NCBI GenBank assembly: GCA_021463865.1
Contig: JAJTXY010000010.1
Location: 85,857-149,856 of the forward strand
Direction: 5' to 3'
Origin: Anaerolineae bacterium
Lineage (GTDB): Bacteria > Chloroflexota > Anaerolineae > Aggregatilineales > J027
Length of the DNA stretch: 64,000 nt
Part shown: positions 40,191 to 50,752 of the stretch, one piece after another
Position numbering within the stretch: position 1 is the first letter of the stretch
Layout of the letters: each line of letters begins with the position of its first letter
Made by a program: the position numbers and the translations under genes
Notes under the pieces: generated by a model
The model's input: only the letters and a program-made list of their open reading frames with translations
What the model was told of the DNA's origin: nothing
Database searches by the model: none

Positions 40191-41689
40191 TCGGATGCTG
40201 GTTCGACCCGCTGCAATTTGGGCACACGCTGTAATCCAAGCGCTTTATCGGGATTGATGGGGATGGCTAATCGGGTTGCGGCCAGCAATAGTCCTACAAA
40301 AAACCAGACCGTCAGCGAAGTCGCCTGATACTCGATATTGAAGTAAAAATGGTCGAACATTCCCCCGACCATAGCTGACACCACCCCCGCAAACAGACCC
40401 AACCAAATGTCGTTGATTTCATTATTCTGGTCAATCTCGGCGCGGTGACGATAGCCATAGCCAAATACACTCAGTAGAGTAATGAGATATATCACCAAGC
40501 CAACAATGCCAGAATTTGAGGCAATGGTTAGATAAGTATTGGCAACAGCCTGATATAAGTCAATGTCGGGTGGTGCGATAAACCCTACCCCAAATACAGG
40601 ATACCGGGCAATTAGTATGAACGTGTCTTTGTATTCACCGAGGCGCATCTGAGTCTCGAGGTCGGATGCTGTGACACCCGCGATCACCCTATCTACATAC
40701 CCCGCTGTGACGGGATTAAATGGCGCGATGGCAATCAAAAGCAGCAGCACCCAAATCAGGCTGCGATAACGAATCACTGCCACCAAGCCAACCCCTGTCA
40801 GCAACCCCAACATCGAGCCGCGTGAATCGCTCAAAAATAATCCTGCCCCGACGCATCCCATCAACACAAATATGATCCAACGGTGTCCGGTCAAAGGTCG
40901 GCGGGCCAATAATTGAGGCGCAATCAACGCCCCCACCATCATCAAAAAGCCGCCATACGCATTCGGGTCAACCCATGTGCCAATCGCTCGTTCCCCACGT
41001 ATTTGCACACCGTCTTCGCGGTAACGCAGGACATCGCCACCCGGATAACCGATCCGAACAAGGCGATTCAATACTGTGTTAGCGGTATCGTCATTCAGCA
41101 CCCACAATACACCACCGATTACGCCCGCCACAGCCCCAATCACCATAAAGGTTAGGGTGAGTCGTCGCAAGGTTTCAACCCGGCGCACCACATCCACCAA
41201 CACTAAGGACAGGCCGACATTTGCCATTAAACCCAAAAAGCGCCGCAATATACCGGGGGTCAGTATTCCATTCGGCATCCCTAAAACAAAGGCAAAGACC
41301 ATCATCAAGATGAACAATAGAATCATGCCGTGCACGGGGGTGGTCTGTAAATCACGCCGCCGTCCGGTCATCCATTGGAATAAATAGACGACGATAAACA
41401 TCCCCAACGCCACATCAATCAGCGAAGGCGTAATGGCGACTTTAAAGGGTAGTGTCCCAAATGGCAGAAGGCCCGTTAAAATCAAGACCAATGCCAACGA
41501 CGCATCAAGGTTGCTCAAGGCAACCAAACCGATGATTGCCGCGACGACCAACCCCAACGCGATAATCGGCCCTTCTAAAATCAGCAGCAATGCCAACAGA
41601 CCACCCAATGCACCCATTAAAGCCCCAACTGTCAGCGCGTTTAAGGTGGGCAGATTTTCGTTTAATTTAAGCCGCTGGTTTTCCAGCAT
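40187..41689 (-). CDS. O-antigen ligase (Wzy_C)-family membrane glycosyltransferase
   Basis: Multi-TM; RAIGTWVDPNAYG, SDSRGS, R..EY..PVFGVG, NTYL..GIVG. Confidence 0.82.
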   Translation of the reverse strand: MLENQRLKLNENLPTLNALTVGALMGALGGLLALLLILEGPIIALGLVVAAIIGLVALSNLDASLALVLILTGLLPFGTLPFKVAITPSLIDVALGMFIVVYLFQWMTGRRRDLQTTPVHGMILLFILMMVFAFVLGMPNGILTPGILRRFLGLMANVGLSLVLVDVVRRVETLRRLTLTFMVIGAVAGVIGGVLWVLNDDTANTVLNRLVRIGYPGGDVLRYREDGVQIRGERAIGTWVDPNAYGGFLMMVGALIAPQLLARRPLTGHRWIIFVLMGCVGAGLFLSDSRGSMLGLLTGVGLVAVIRYRSLIWVLLLLIAIAPFNPVTAGYVDRVIAGVTASDLETQMRLGEYKDTFILIARYPVFGVGFIAPPDIDLYQAVANTYLTIASNSGIVGLVIYLITLLSVFGYGYRHRAEIDQNNEINDIWLGLFAGVVSAMVGGMFDHFYFNIEYQATSLTVWFFVGLLLAATRLAIPINPDKALGLQRVPKLQRVEPASD

Positions 41690-43952
41690 CTTGTACTCCT
41701 ATTTTTCGATTGCCGCGTAACCCCCAAGCGACTACACCAATCACACCCAGCAAGGTCATGGCACTAATGATCGCGCCAATTTGGATAGAGAGGGGGCGAT
41801 ATACCAACTCAATTTGATGTGTCCCCTCCGGCACATAGACCGCGCTTAAGCCACCATAGGCCTCTAATAAATCGGCTTCTCTGCCATCAATTTCGACCTT
41901 CCAGCCCATATCATAGGGCAGTGCCAGCGTCAAAACGCCCGATGTGTCACCCCGTGTTTGGATACGGATTTTTTCGGGGTCGAGCGTTTGTAATGTCACA
42001 ACCGTATTGCCGGGGTTTTCAGGCAAAGCACCGGGGTTTTCTTTTAATACCGCCACTTCGCGTACTGGGAAATTTAAATCCCCGACCAACTGCCGTGCCT
42101 CACCATTATTGGATACCACCCGCACTTGATAGACCATATGGGCAAACGGGCGGGGGTCATCCAAACGATAGACATAAAAGCCCGGCTCTTCCCCAATCCG
42201 AGTATGGGGCACAGGCAGGGTATCCCATTCGGCGTTTAAGACCTGCACTGCCAACAGTTCCCAACGGCGCTCTACTGGAATGTTTCGCAAATAGAACTCG
42301 ACTGCTTCAAATTGCAGCGGACTGTTGCCCCAAATATCCGGCAAATCGTACAGTGTGCTGTAGCTGCTGCCGATGCCCACCAGTCCTTCAATTTTCTGGC
42401 CCGGTGTTAGGTTATCACGCATTGTTTGGATAAAGGCGGGTTCGGGCAAACGGTCATGGGCAGGGATGGGGTCATAATTTTCGCCCCCCATATTTGCACT
42501 AAATAGGTCAAACACGGCTAATGCCACCAACGCGAATTGCCATCTTAGCTGGGTAGGCTGCTGCATGATGCTCGGCAAAATCAGGGCCATCAACACCGCT
42601 ATGAGCAACGCTAATCCTGCCGAATCCAACGCACTTTGATATAGTTCGCCATTTGGTGGAATCAGACGCAGCACAAAAAAGATGAGGCCGAACAGGGCAC
42701 ACAGCACAATCAAGCCAATCAATACCCGACGAAGTTGGCGCAAGGGCTTATGGTCGCTGAGGTAATCCCATGTCAGGATTTGCACCGCCCCCATGCTGAC
42801 AAGCACTGCCCCTGCCGTTTCCACGACAAATGCGGCCCGTTCCTGCCCTCGGAAAAAACCAAACCCCGGCAACAGCACATAGACAAAATCGTAAATCGCT
42901 AGTCGCTGCCCAAACGACAGGGCTAAACCAAATAGGCCAACGCCGAGCCAAAATCCATAGCCGGGCACGCGCCGCCAAATCGCTACCCCAACCAGCACCA
43001 ATCCAATCAATCCCAGATAAAGAGGTGTCCAGCGCCCAAGCATATAGGGGAACACAAATTGGGTCAGGTCTTGCATCGAAAACCCGCCACCCTTGTCATC
43101 CACGCTGAAATTTTCGCGGTAGGTCTGGCTCTGAAATTGGACGGTTGGCAATAATTGAGCCGCACTCAAGCCACCTGCGATAAGGGCCATCATGAGAATT
43201 GCCAAACCAACCGTTTTCCAATCCGTACCGCGCCGCCACAAACGATATATCAGATAAGCGACTGCACCATAAGCCGTGAATAACAGCGTTTGGGGATGGC
43301 CCGCCAGCGCACATAGCGCCAACGCTACCCCTGCCAAGACCAAACACCGCCAGCCAATTTTGGCATGAGTGGGACGGGTAGCCTCATGAACGCCGAGCAG
43401 CACTAGCGGTATCCAAATCGCGCTCTCCAGAAGGGGCAGTTGCAACGGGGGATAGGCGGTCATAAATCCGCCAAAACCAAAGACTAGCGCCCCAATGAGG
43501 CTTGCTACCACTGAAATTTGTCTAGAGGCATCTTGAATAATGTCGCGGGTCATGCGGCGCAAAAAGGCGTACATCATGAGCGCCCCCAACAACACTTGGA
43601 GCGTCATTTCGCGCTGTAAGGCCGCATACACTTCGCCATTGCTCACCTCCGATTGGCTCGCAAGCAGGGCGACGGTCAATAAGCGAGGAGGATACAGAAC
43701 TGCCGTTTGTGGGTCGGCTAAAAAGGGTGCACCCGCGTTCATATAGGGATTCCAGAGTGGGATTTCGCCCTCACGAAATCGTTCGACGCTGTAAGATGTC
43801 CACGCCACAAATTGGCCGGAAAAATCGCCTTCCTCCAACGACACCTGATCCACTTCATTCGGGGTATACAGCCGCCAAAAAAAGATAGCCCACAAGCCAA
43901 TCAGCAGCAAAATCGCCCATGTATCTGGCGAACGGCGTACTCGTTGCATCAT
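41667..43952 (-). CDS. YfhO-family GT-C membrane protein
   Basis: GEIPLWNPYMNAGAPFLADPQ..YPP, LAGHPQ, YDMGWKVEIDG..VPEGTHQIELVYRP. Confidence 0.85.
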   Translation of the reverse strand: MMQRVRRSPDTWAILLLIGLWAIFFWRLYTPNEVDQVSLEEGDFSGQFVAWTSYSVERFREGEIPLWNPYMNAGAPFLADPQTAVLYPPRLLTVALLASQSEVSNGEVYAALQREMTLQVLLGALMMYAFLRRMTRDIIQDASRQISVVASLIGALVFGFGGFMTAYPPLQLPLLESAIWIPLVLLGVHEATRPTHAKIGWRCLVLAGVALALCALAGHPQTLLFTAYGAVAYLIYRLWRRGTDWKTVGLAILMMALIAGGLSAAQLLPTVQFQSQTYRENFSVDDKGGGFSMQDLTQFVFPYMLGRWTPLYLGLIGLVLVGVAIWRRVPGYGFWLGVGLFGLALSFGQRLAIYDFVYVLLPGFGFFRGQERAAFVVETAGAVLVSMGAVQILTWDYLSDHKPLRQLRRVLIGLIVLCALFGLIFFVLRLIPPNGELYQSALDSAGLALLIAVLMALILPSIMQQPTQLRWQFALVALAVFDLFSANMGGENYDPIPAHDRLPEPAFIQTMRDNLTPGQKIEGLVGIGSSYSTLYDLPDIWGNSPLQFEAVEFYLRNIPVERRWELLAVQVLNAEWDTLPVPHTRIGEEPGFYVYRLDDPRPFAHMVYQVRVVSNNGEARQLVGDLNFPVREVAVLKENPGALPENPGNTVVTLQTLDPEKIRIQTRGDTSGVLTLALPYDMGWKVEIDGREADLLEAYGGLSAVYVPEGTHQIELVYRPLSIQIGAIISAMTLLGVIGVVAWGLRGNRKIGVQDAGKPAA

Positions 43953-46279
43953 TATTCTTCTCCCTGCATGGGGGAATCAGCGGGTAAAACTTCCACCTCA
44001 ATAGGGGACAGGAACGCATCCGGGAAGGGATTAGGAACACCATCCCATGGGGGCGCATTTACAGGAAGTCGAACTCCATCCGAAGGCCGATAAAATCCGA
44101 TTAAGATGCGATAAACACCGGGCGGCGTTGTATCGGATACTCTAACCATATATTTATCATAGGCATATTTTTTGGCTAACCAAGCGTGGGTCGGATACCA
44201 GTCTTGGCGCGGTACTGCATCGCCGCTGCCCCACAATTGGCCGGGATTTGCTGGATCAATTAACTGAACAAAAACGGTGAAATCCGCTGGAGTCGGATTG
44301 GCAATATACCATATCCAATTCAATTCGATGGTATCATTTGGTTTGACCTGATAGCGGGTTGAGGGTTGCAACAAGTCGGCCCGAAGCCAAGCAACGTTGC
44401 CAAACGAAACATCACAACATGGGTATCCATCGCCGTCATGCTCTCCTACGATACTGCCCCCGCGCAAAATCACTTCGCTAATGGCCGCCGCATCACTGCG
44501 GACAGCGGGAATCTCGACACCAGCAAAAAAATCACGCCAACCGATTTTGAAACGTGGTTCAAATGGAGTATTGGCAAGATCGTCTTGAATCTCGATGCGA
44601 TAGGTCTCGGCGTAAATCTTGCCAATTTCCCATGTATCGGTGCGGCGCAACCCTCTTCCCGGAAAACTATCCAACTTCCCGATTACGACAGGCTGATCGG
44701 TCAAATTGGCGGCAGGACCAAACATCTGTATATAGAAACTCAATGGGGTCTCGGTTTGGTCTTGGGGTCGCCAGTATAGGGTAATCTCAATTTCATCATC
44801 GGTCTTTTCATTCAAAATCAGGGGTGTGTCATCAATCTGGTAGGCCAGCAGTTGAATCGGGCCAAATTGGGCATCGGTCAGGCGGGCATCTGAGGGCAAT
44901 CGGTCAATCGTATCTGGCGGAGTATAGGCAGGTCGAATTATGCTAAAGGGCAAAACGAGCGCATAAGCGGCCAGAGGCATCACAGCGATGGCAGCAAGGC
45001 GATTGGGTAGATGTAGCATCTGCAACAGACTACTCCACCCTAATGCCAGCAGCACCCCGATGATGGCGATAGCAGGGAACAATAAGCGGCCCTGACTGGC
45101 GGGTGTCTGCAATGTCCAACGCACGACCCCCCCAAATATCAGAGCCAGTTGCACTAAGAGCAAAGCAACCGGAATTGCACTAGTGCATCGCTTCCAACGC
45201 CGTACCCCGATCAGGGCTAATCCTGCCATCCCCATAATACTTATCGCCAACGTGTAATCAAAAAATCGTTGTGGGCTAATGACATTTAAGCCACCAAACC
45301 AACCCCAATAGGCATAATAAAATCCTTCGCGCTCGGCCCAAACATCATGTAAACCAAAATCGGCGGGGCGCTTGCCTGCGATTTCAATCATAGTATTGAG
45401 GCCCGTCGGGTCATCATACAGTTGCACATTGCGGACATACCACCATCCTGCAATCAAACCAATTCCGGCGGCAACGACTATCCCCGCCACGACCAAATCT
45501 TTGAATGGGCGACGCTCACGCCAAAAGACGGCAAAGATAGTGAGAGCTACCATAGGCGCAAAGGTCAATCCACTGAGTTTGGTCAGGGCCGCCATACCCA
45601 ATAACACCGACAATAGGCCAATCCGACCCCAATGCCAGCCAAATCGCCACAGGGCCAGCATCAACACAATTATTGCCGTCCCCAAGAAGATGACCAGATT
45701 ATCATTGTTGACGCTGGCGGTAATGAATAAAAACATCGGGTTAAAGGCGACAAAGGCCATCGCCAAAAAACCGAGCATAGGCCGTGTTGGAATCGTTAGT
45801 CGCGTTATATCAAAAGTTAACCAGACCGTACCCGCCCCCAACAAAATGCTGAACAGGCGGCAAATCATGACAGCTAGGGTCGTTTGTTTATAGGGAAACG
45901 ACTCGGCATCCACATCGTGGACGATGATATTTTGGTTGTCACTGGCAAGGCCGATGCCGACTTTGGAATGGGGGTTATAAAAAAGTCGCGTCTCCAAGTC
46001 GCTGCGGTCAATCGGCAGCACCAACAGCGCCGCGATGAGATAATATAAGGGCGGTTGACTGCCCTCTTGTCGCCATAGGGTTTCTTTGGCAGGGTCTTGA
46101 TAGGGCAGTTTCCCCGTGCTGGCGATATAATCCACCACTGGGAAATGGAGCATCTCGTCGGAAACCTCAAAAATAGGCGAGGTCAGCATATAGATCAACG
46201 CCAGCGCCACAAACAACCCCACAAGGGCTAAACGCCGACGCTGCAATTGTTGAGGAGTTTCCGGTAAAATCCAATTCAT
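43952..46279 (-). CDS. ArnT/PMT-like (GT39/GT83) GT-C glycosyltransferase with two C-terminal Ig-like domains
   Basis: PIFEVSDE..H, QPPLYY, VNNDN, LTKLSG, WWYVRN, QGRLLFP. Confidence 0.82.
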   Translation of the reverse strand: MNWILPETPQQLQRRRLALVGLFVALALIYMLTSPIFEVSDEMLHFPVVDYIASTGKLPYQDPAKETLWRQEGSQPPLYYLIAALLVLPIDRSDLETRLFYNPHSKVGIGLASDNQNIIVHDVDAESFPYKQTTLAVMICRLFSILLGAGTVWLTFDITRLTIPTRPMLGFLAMAFVAFNPMFLFITASVNNDNLVIFLGTAIIVLMLALWRFGWHWGRIGLLSVLLGMAALTKLSGLTFAPMVALTIFAVFWRERRPFKDLVVAGIVVAAGIGLIAGWWYVRNVQLYDDPTGLNTMIEIAGKRPADFGLHDVWAEREGFYYAYWGWFGGLNVISPQRFFDYTLAISIMGMAGLALIGVRRWKRCTSAIPVALLLVQLALIFGGVVRWTLQTPASQGRLLFPAIAIIGVLLALGWSSLLQMLHLPNRLAAIAVMPLAAYALVLPFSIIRPAYTPPDTIDRLPSDARLTDAQFGPIQLLAYQIDDTPLILNEKTDDEIEITLYWRPQDQTETPLSFYIQMFGPAANLTDQPVVIGKLDSFPGRGLRRTDTWEIGKIYAETYRIEIQDDLANTPFEPRFKIGWRDFFAGVEIPAVRSDAAAISEVILRGGSIVGEHDGDGYPCCDVSFGNVAWLRADLLQPSTRYQVKPNDTIELNWIWYIANPTPADFTVFVQLIDPANPGQLWGSGDAVPRQDWYPTHAWLAKKYAYDKYMVRVSDTTPPGVYRILIGFYRPSDGVRLPVNAPPWDGVPNPFPDAFLSPIEVEVLPADSPMQGEE

Positions 46280-46400
46280 GCGAAATCTTTTCTGGTATGT
46301 ACTCAGAGACGGCGAAAGAGTGTAGCGCGGCCTAGCCCATCAGTCCATAGCCTACTACTCTGCGTTTGCCGTCGTTTTAACCAACTTTTGGCAGAATACA

Positions 46401-48566
46401 ATGCGGGCACTTAAAAATCATCGTCCCTTATTTATTTTGATATTACTTTTTCTTGGTTTAACGACCCTTTATGCCGAAACCGTGCCGCCATTTGAAGGGC
46501 CAGACGAAGGGGAACATTTCGCCTATATCATGAAACTGGCTCGTACAGGGAAATTTCCCAACCCCGACCACGATCTGGATACCCCTATCAAACAGGCCGC
46601 TGCCCAAGCGCCGCTGTATTATACGACGGCGGCTCTCTTTACCCGTCTGCGCGACTTTGGAGATTGGGAAGTTCGCTACCAAACCAACCCTTGGGGTGCT
46701 TATCCCTCGCCAGTGACCGGGCGCGATAATCGCAATCATTTTATGATGCAACCCCGCCAGCACGCCATGACAAATGACCAGCAACAAATGAGCGCGGCTC
46801 TACAATGGATACGCCGAATAGCCCCCCTATACGGCGTTTTGGCACTCTTAGGGGTCTATTGGTCAGCGCTTGCCATCTGGCCCACTCAAAAATCATGGGC
46901 GGTATTCGCGGCATTGGCCTATGGCATGAACCCCCTCTTGATTCAAACCTTCGCCCTCGCCAGCAATGATGTTGCCGTAATCGCCTTCGGGTCTCTCACG
47001 TTGGCAGCCGGGTTGCATCTTATCAATGGTTGGCAAAACAACCATCTGTTGATTTTGGCGGGGGTCGTTATGGGATTGGCGGCTCTCTCCAAAGCCAGCG
47101 GATTAGCGCTGTGGAGTATCCCGCCTGCTGGCATTTTTATCGGCTGGTGGCAAACCAAACAAAATTGGCGTTCATTAATCATTCGGTGTGCGACAGTCAT
47201 CGTCATCGCTAGTCTCATTGCCGGATGGTGGTATGTGCGCGGCTGGCTTCTGTATGATGACCCGCTGGGTATGGCCCCCCACAAAGCACAGCCTTGGGCA
47301 TGGGGCGAACCACAATCCATCTCGCAAATTCTAAGTCGCACCCCGATTCTTATTCTCTCGCTATGGGCCAATTTCGGCTCCGGTGAAGTCCGGCCCGCTG
47401 AGTGGGGCTATATTGTGCCATTGACCTTGTTGGGATTAGGGCTGATCGGATGGCTGTACACCCGCCCTACCCGCCATACCCTACTGCTTTTATTGGCTGT
47501 AGGGGTTGGAGTGGCGGCCCTATTCCAATGGATGTCCATGTTTGACCTCATCACAGGCCGACTCACCTATCCCTACTACAACGCCTTTGTTTTGCTGGTG
47601 GTGATGGGTCTGTATCACTTCCGACAGTGGCGCGGTTGGTTCGCCGGGGCTTTGGGTGGTATGGCATTGGTGATGGTTCCGGCGGTCATTATTCATGCGT
47701 TTGGCCCCCCGCCCCTCCGCAACCATGCACCGGACAATCTCGCAGGCCCGGTGATTGATTTTGGTGGCCCGCGCTTTTTGGGCTATACGGTGGATAGCAA
47801 TCTTATCCACAACGACGACTATCGTCACTTCAAATTATGCTGGCAAGCGCCGGATGGCAGTCAAAAAATCCCCCTGCCCTATCCGTTCTCCCTCACCATC
47901 ACGACACTCGACAGCCAATTGGTGGGCAAGCGCGAATCGTTTACGGGTTTGGGCAACTATACACTGTGGCAGCCGAACAAAATCTTTTGCGATGAATTTG
48001 CTCTGCCGATTGAGAAAAATGTGCGAGCGGGTGAGGTCTATCCCCTACAATTATCCCTATTTGGCCTACCTGACGGCATCCCTCTCGAAGCCACCGTGAA
48101 TGGCAGCAAGCAGCGCAGCGTTATCATTGGGCATTTATGGACACCCGCCCCGCCGATTGACCCAACTCTACTCGAATCAGCTCCCTTCCGTTTTGAAGGG
48201 GTGGCGCTTGCTAGATATGAGATGGACATCACGGATAACATACTCAATCTATATCTGATTTGGGGAACGTATTCCGCACCCCGCCAGCCCTACAAACTTT
48301 TTGTCCACATTCTGGATGCCACAGGTCAAAAAGTTGCCCAAAGCGACCCTGTTCCCGGCGGGGAGCGTTATCCAATCTGGGCATGGGGGCAAGGTGAACA
48401 AATCGAGGATCTGATAAGCGTGCCCTTGCTTGATCTACCAACTGGCGATTATCAGGTGGTCATCGGGATTTATGACCCCGACACTTTTCAGCGCCTGCCC
48501 GTCCGTGACACAAATGGCAATCCTATTGGCGACTCTGCTTTGTTAGGAATAGTGACAATCGAATGA
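46401..48566 (+). CDS. ArnT/PMT-like GT-C glycosyltransferase, paralog of the divergent neighbour
   Basis: PPFEGPDE..H, QAPLYY, SND, LSKASG, WWYVRG, GRLTYP; Ig-like tail. Confidence 0.82.
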   Translation: MRALKNHRPLFILILLFLGLTTLYAETVPPFEGPDEGEHFAYIMKLARTGKFPNPDHDLDTPIKQAAAQAPLYYTTAALFTRLRDFGDWEVRYQTNPWGAYPSPVTGRDNRNHFMMQPRQHAMTNDQQQMSAALQWIRRIAPLYGVLALLGVYWSALAIWPTQKSWAVFAALAYGMNPLLIQTFALASNDVAVIAFGSLTLAAGLHLINGWQNNHLLILAGVVMGLAALSKASGLALWSIPPAGIFIGWWQTKQNWRSLIIRCATVIVIASLIAGWWYVRGWLLYDDPLGMAPHKAQPWAWGEPQSISQILSRTPILILSLWANFGSGEVRPAEWGYIVPLTLLGLGLIGWLYTRPTRHTLLLLLAVGVGVAALFQWMSMFDLITGRLTYPYYNAFVLLVVMGLYHFRQWRGWFAGALGGMALVMVPAVIIHAFGPPPLRNHAPDNLAGPVIDFGGPRFLGYTVDSNLIHNDDYRHFKLCWQAPDGSQKIPLPYPFSLTITTLDSQLVGKRESFTGLGNYTLWQPNKIFCDEFALPIEKNVRAGEVYPLQLSLFGLPDGIPLEATVNGSKQRSVIIGHLWTPAPPIDPTLLESAPFRFEGVALARYEMDITDNILNLYLIWGTYSAPRQPYKLFVHILDATGQKVAQSDPVPGGERYPIWAWGQGEQIEDLISVPLLDLPTGDYQVVIGIYDPDTFQRLPVRDTNGNPIGDSALLGIVTIE

Positions 48567-50752
48567 TGCTGCAATCACGCCGTTATTGGCTGTTTGGGTT
48601 CGTCCTATTTGGCCTCATCACCTATCTAACTGCCGCGTTCTGGGACTATACCCAAGACGATGTATTTATCACCTATGCCTACAGCCGCAATATCGCGGAG
48701 GGGCGGGGTTTCGTGTTTAACCCCGGTGAGCATGTTCAAGGCACGACCACCCCCCTTTATACCCTGCTGATGTCCGGGGTCTATTTTCTCACCCATGATT
48801 TATTACATGCAGGCAATCTCCTAAGTGCGATCTTTTTGGCCCTAACCTGTGGCCTCGCCTTTTTGCTGACCCGTGACCATCTTTCTGCCTATGGGAGTTT
48901 TGCCATCGGTGTCATTTTAGCCACCTCCCCCCTGATTTACGTCAGTTTTGGTATGGAGACTCTGTTCTACTGTACGCTGCTGATGCTGGCGTTGTGGCGT
49001 TGGGAACGTAGCAAACCCTATGAAGCGATCTTAGTAGCGGCGGCCCTGACGTGGACACGCGCCGATGGAGTGGTTCTGGGTGGGACTCTGTGGTTGGTGG
49101 CAGCATGGGATAGTTGGCGGGCTAACCAAGATGCACCAATCATTTCTCGCCTGCGCCAATTGCCTTATACATTAGGTCTGGTCTATGCAGCGACGATTGC
49201 TCCTTGGTATCTGTTCGCATTGGCCTATTTTGACACCCCCCTGCCCAACACCTTTGGCGCGAAACAGTCAAGTTTTGAAGGTATCCAGTTCCTAAAAGAT
49301 GGTTGGAAGTGGTGGAAAACCTTCTATTGGGACAACAATCCCCTTAGCATCACCGCCTTTTTGTTCATCTTCATTGGGACGTGGTGCGTCCTCAAAATCA
49401 AATCTCTGCGTCCGGTGGCCTTATGGGCAGGTTTTTATCTGGCGGGCTATACCATCTTGAACGTCGCGGCCTTCTGGTACTACACCCCCTTATTCACCAT
49501 TGGCGTCATTCTGATGGTATATGGTGGGATATGGATTTTTGAGCAGGCGGGGCGGCTGAATTCCAACAAAACATGGCGGTTCGGGCTGGCGGGGATTTTG
49601 GTTGGTGTTTCGGGGGCGCTGGCTATCCTCAGATCACAAGATTTTGCTGATCCGCCACCCCGCACAAGGACATATGTTGTGTTAGGGAAGTGGGTCGAAG
49701 CCAATACTCTCACCGATGCAACCCTGCTTGTCGGCGATTTGGGGGTGATGGGATATTACGCGCAACGCCATACCATTGATTCACCGGGCCTCATTGTGCC
49801 AGAGATGTATTTTAAGCAAGACGATTACGCCGTTTTGAAATATAAACCGGATTATGTAGCCGCAACAGGTTATTACACATGGCAACAAGTCATCCAGCAG
49901 GAATGGTTCGACACCTACTACCGCCCCGCCGCCCAATTTAGCACCGAAGCCGACACCTTTAGCCCGATGACCGTCTATCAACGCCGCCTACCCTTGACCA
50001 CCCCCCCTACCCTCCGGCAAGGCGACACCCTGCCCCTCAATTGCGACATTCGATTAAACGATGGAGATGCCCTGCCCGATGAAATTCGCGCCCGTTTGTT
50101 GGACTCGGCAGGGAATGTGGTTGTTGAGGATGCCCACCCCTTTTTCCAATCCATCTATCCTGCCACTACCGCCGGAGGGAATGAGATGATTCATGAGCAA
50201 ATCGGCCTCCCCTTGTATGTTCCAGCAGGCGACTATCAATGGGAATTGAAGTGCGGGGATGATGATGGCTATACGGGAAATATTGAAGTCCGGCCCTACA
50301 CGGAAAATACCGCATTAGTGAGGTTAGACGAGGCGGTATGGTCGCCATTTGCCCAATTAGCAGGCATCGCGCTGCCCGATGGTAATGTGGCGTGGTCGGG
50401 GGGCAGTGTTCGAGTCGTGTTCTATTGGCAGGCCATTGAACCCGCCGCTGCTGATTATAGTGCGCTGGTACATCTGGTAGATGAGCAGGGACATGTGGTG
50501 GCACAAGCCGATGGTTACGCCGCCCATAACACCCGGCCCTTAAGTTCATGGCAGTCTGGCGAAACGATCTTTGATACCCGCGAAATTTTGCTGCCATCCA
50601 ACCTACCTGCCGGAGAATATTCCATTTTGGTCGGTTGGTATGATTGGCAATCGAGCAGCAACGAACGCCAACTCTTGACCAATGGTGATGATGCTATCCG
50701 TCTGTCCGTGACCATCCAAGTCCAGTGGCCCGGTGGTACAGGGCTACCGTGA
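48563..50752 (+). CDS. GT-C glycosyltransferase (AftB/arabinofuranosyltransferase-like) with Ig-like tail
   Basis: DDVFITYAYSRN..G.G.VFNPGE.VQGTTTPL, GMET, TRADG, PLPNT..AK. Confidence 0.75.
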   Translation: MMLQSRRYWLFGFVLFGLITYLTAAFWDYTQDDVFITYAYSRNIAEGRGFVFNPGEHVQGTTTPLYTLLMSGVYFLTHDLLHAGNLLSAIFLALTCGLAFLLTRDHLSAYGSFAIGVILATSPLIYVSFGMETLFYCTLLMLALWRWERSKPYEAILVAAALTWTRADGVVLGGTLWLVAAWDSWRANQDAPIISRLRQLPYTLGLVYAATIAPWYLFALAYFDTPLPNTFGAKQSSFEGIQFLKDGWKWWKTFYWDNNPLSITAFLFIFIGTWCVLKIKSLRPVALWAGFYLAGYTILNVAAFWYYTPLFTIGVILMVYGGIWIFEQAGRLNSNKTWRFGLAGILVGVSGALAILRSQDFADPPPRTRTYVVLGKWVEANTLTDATLLVGDLGVMGYYAQRHTIDSPGLIVPEMYFKQDDYAVLKYKPDYVAATGYYTWQQVIQQEWFDTYYRPAAQFSTEADTFSPMTVYQRRLPLTTPPTLRQGDTLPLNCDIRLNDGDALPDEIRARLLDSAGNVVVEDAHPFFQSIYPATTAGGNEMIHEQIGLPLYVPAGDYQWELKCGDDDGYTGNIEVRPYTENTALVRLDEAVWSPFAQLAGIALPDGNVAWSGGSVRVVFYWQAIEPAAADYSALVHLVDEQGHVVAQADGYAAHNTRPLSSWQSGETIFDTREILLPSNLPAGEYSILVGWYDWQSSSNERQLLTNGDDAIRLSVTIQVQWPGGTGLP

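Noticed and set aside
41819-42433. 204-aa + strand ORF, and similar antisense ORFs such as 6041-6607 and 55869-56489
   Set aside because: They lie wholly opposite well-supported genes, with no motifs and atypical composition
47803-47811. Perfect DnaA box TTATCCACA
   Set aside because: Single copy inside a CDS, with no cluster or dnaA nearby, so not oriC
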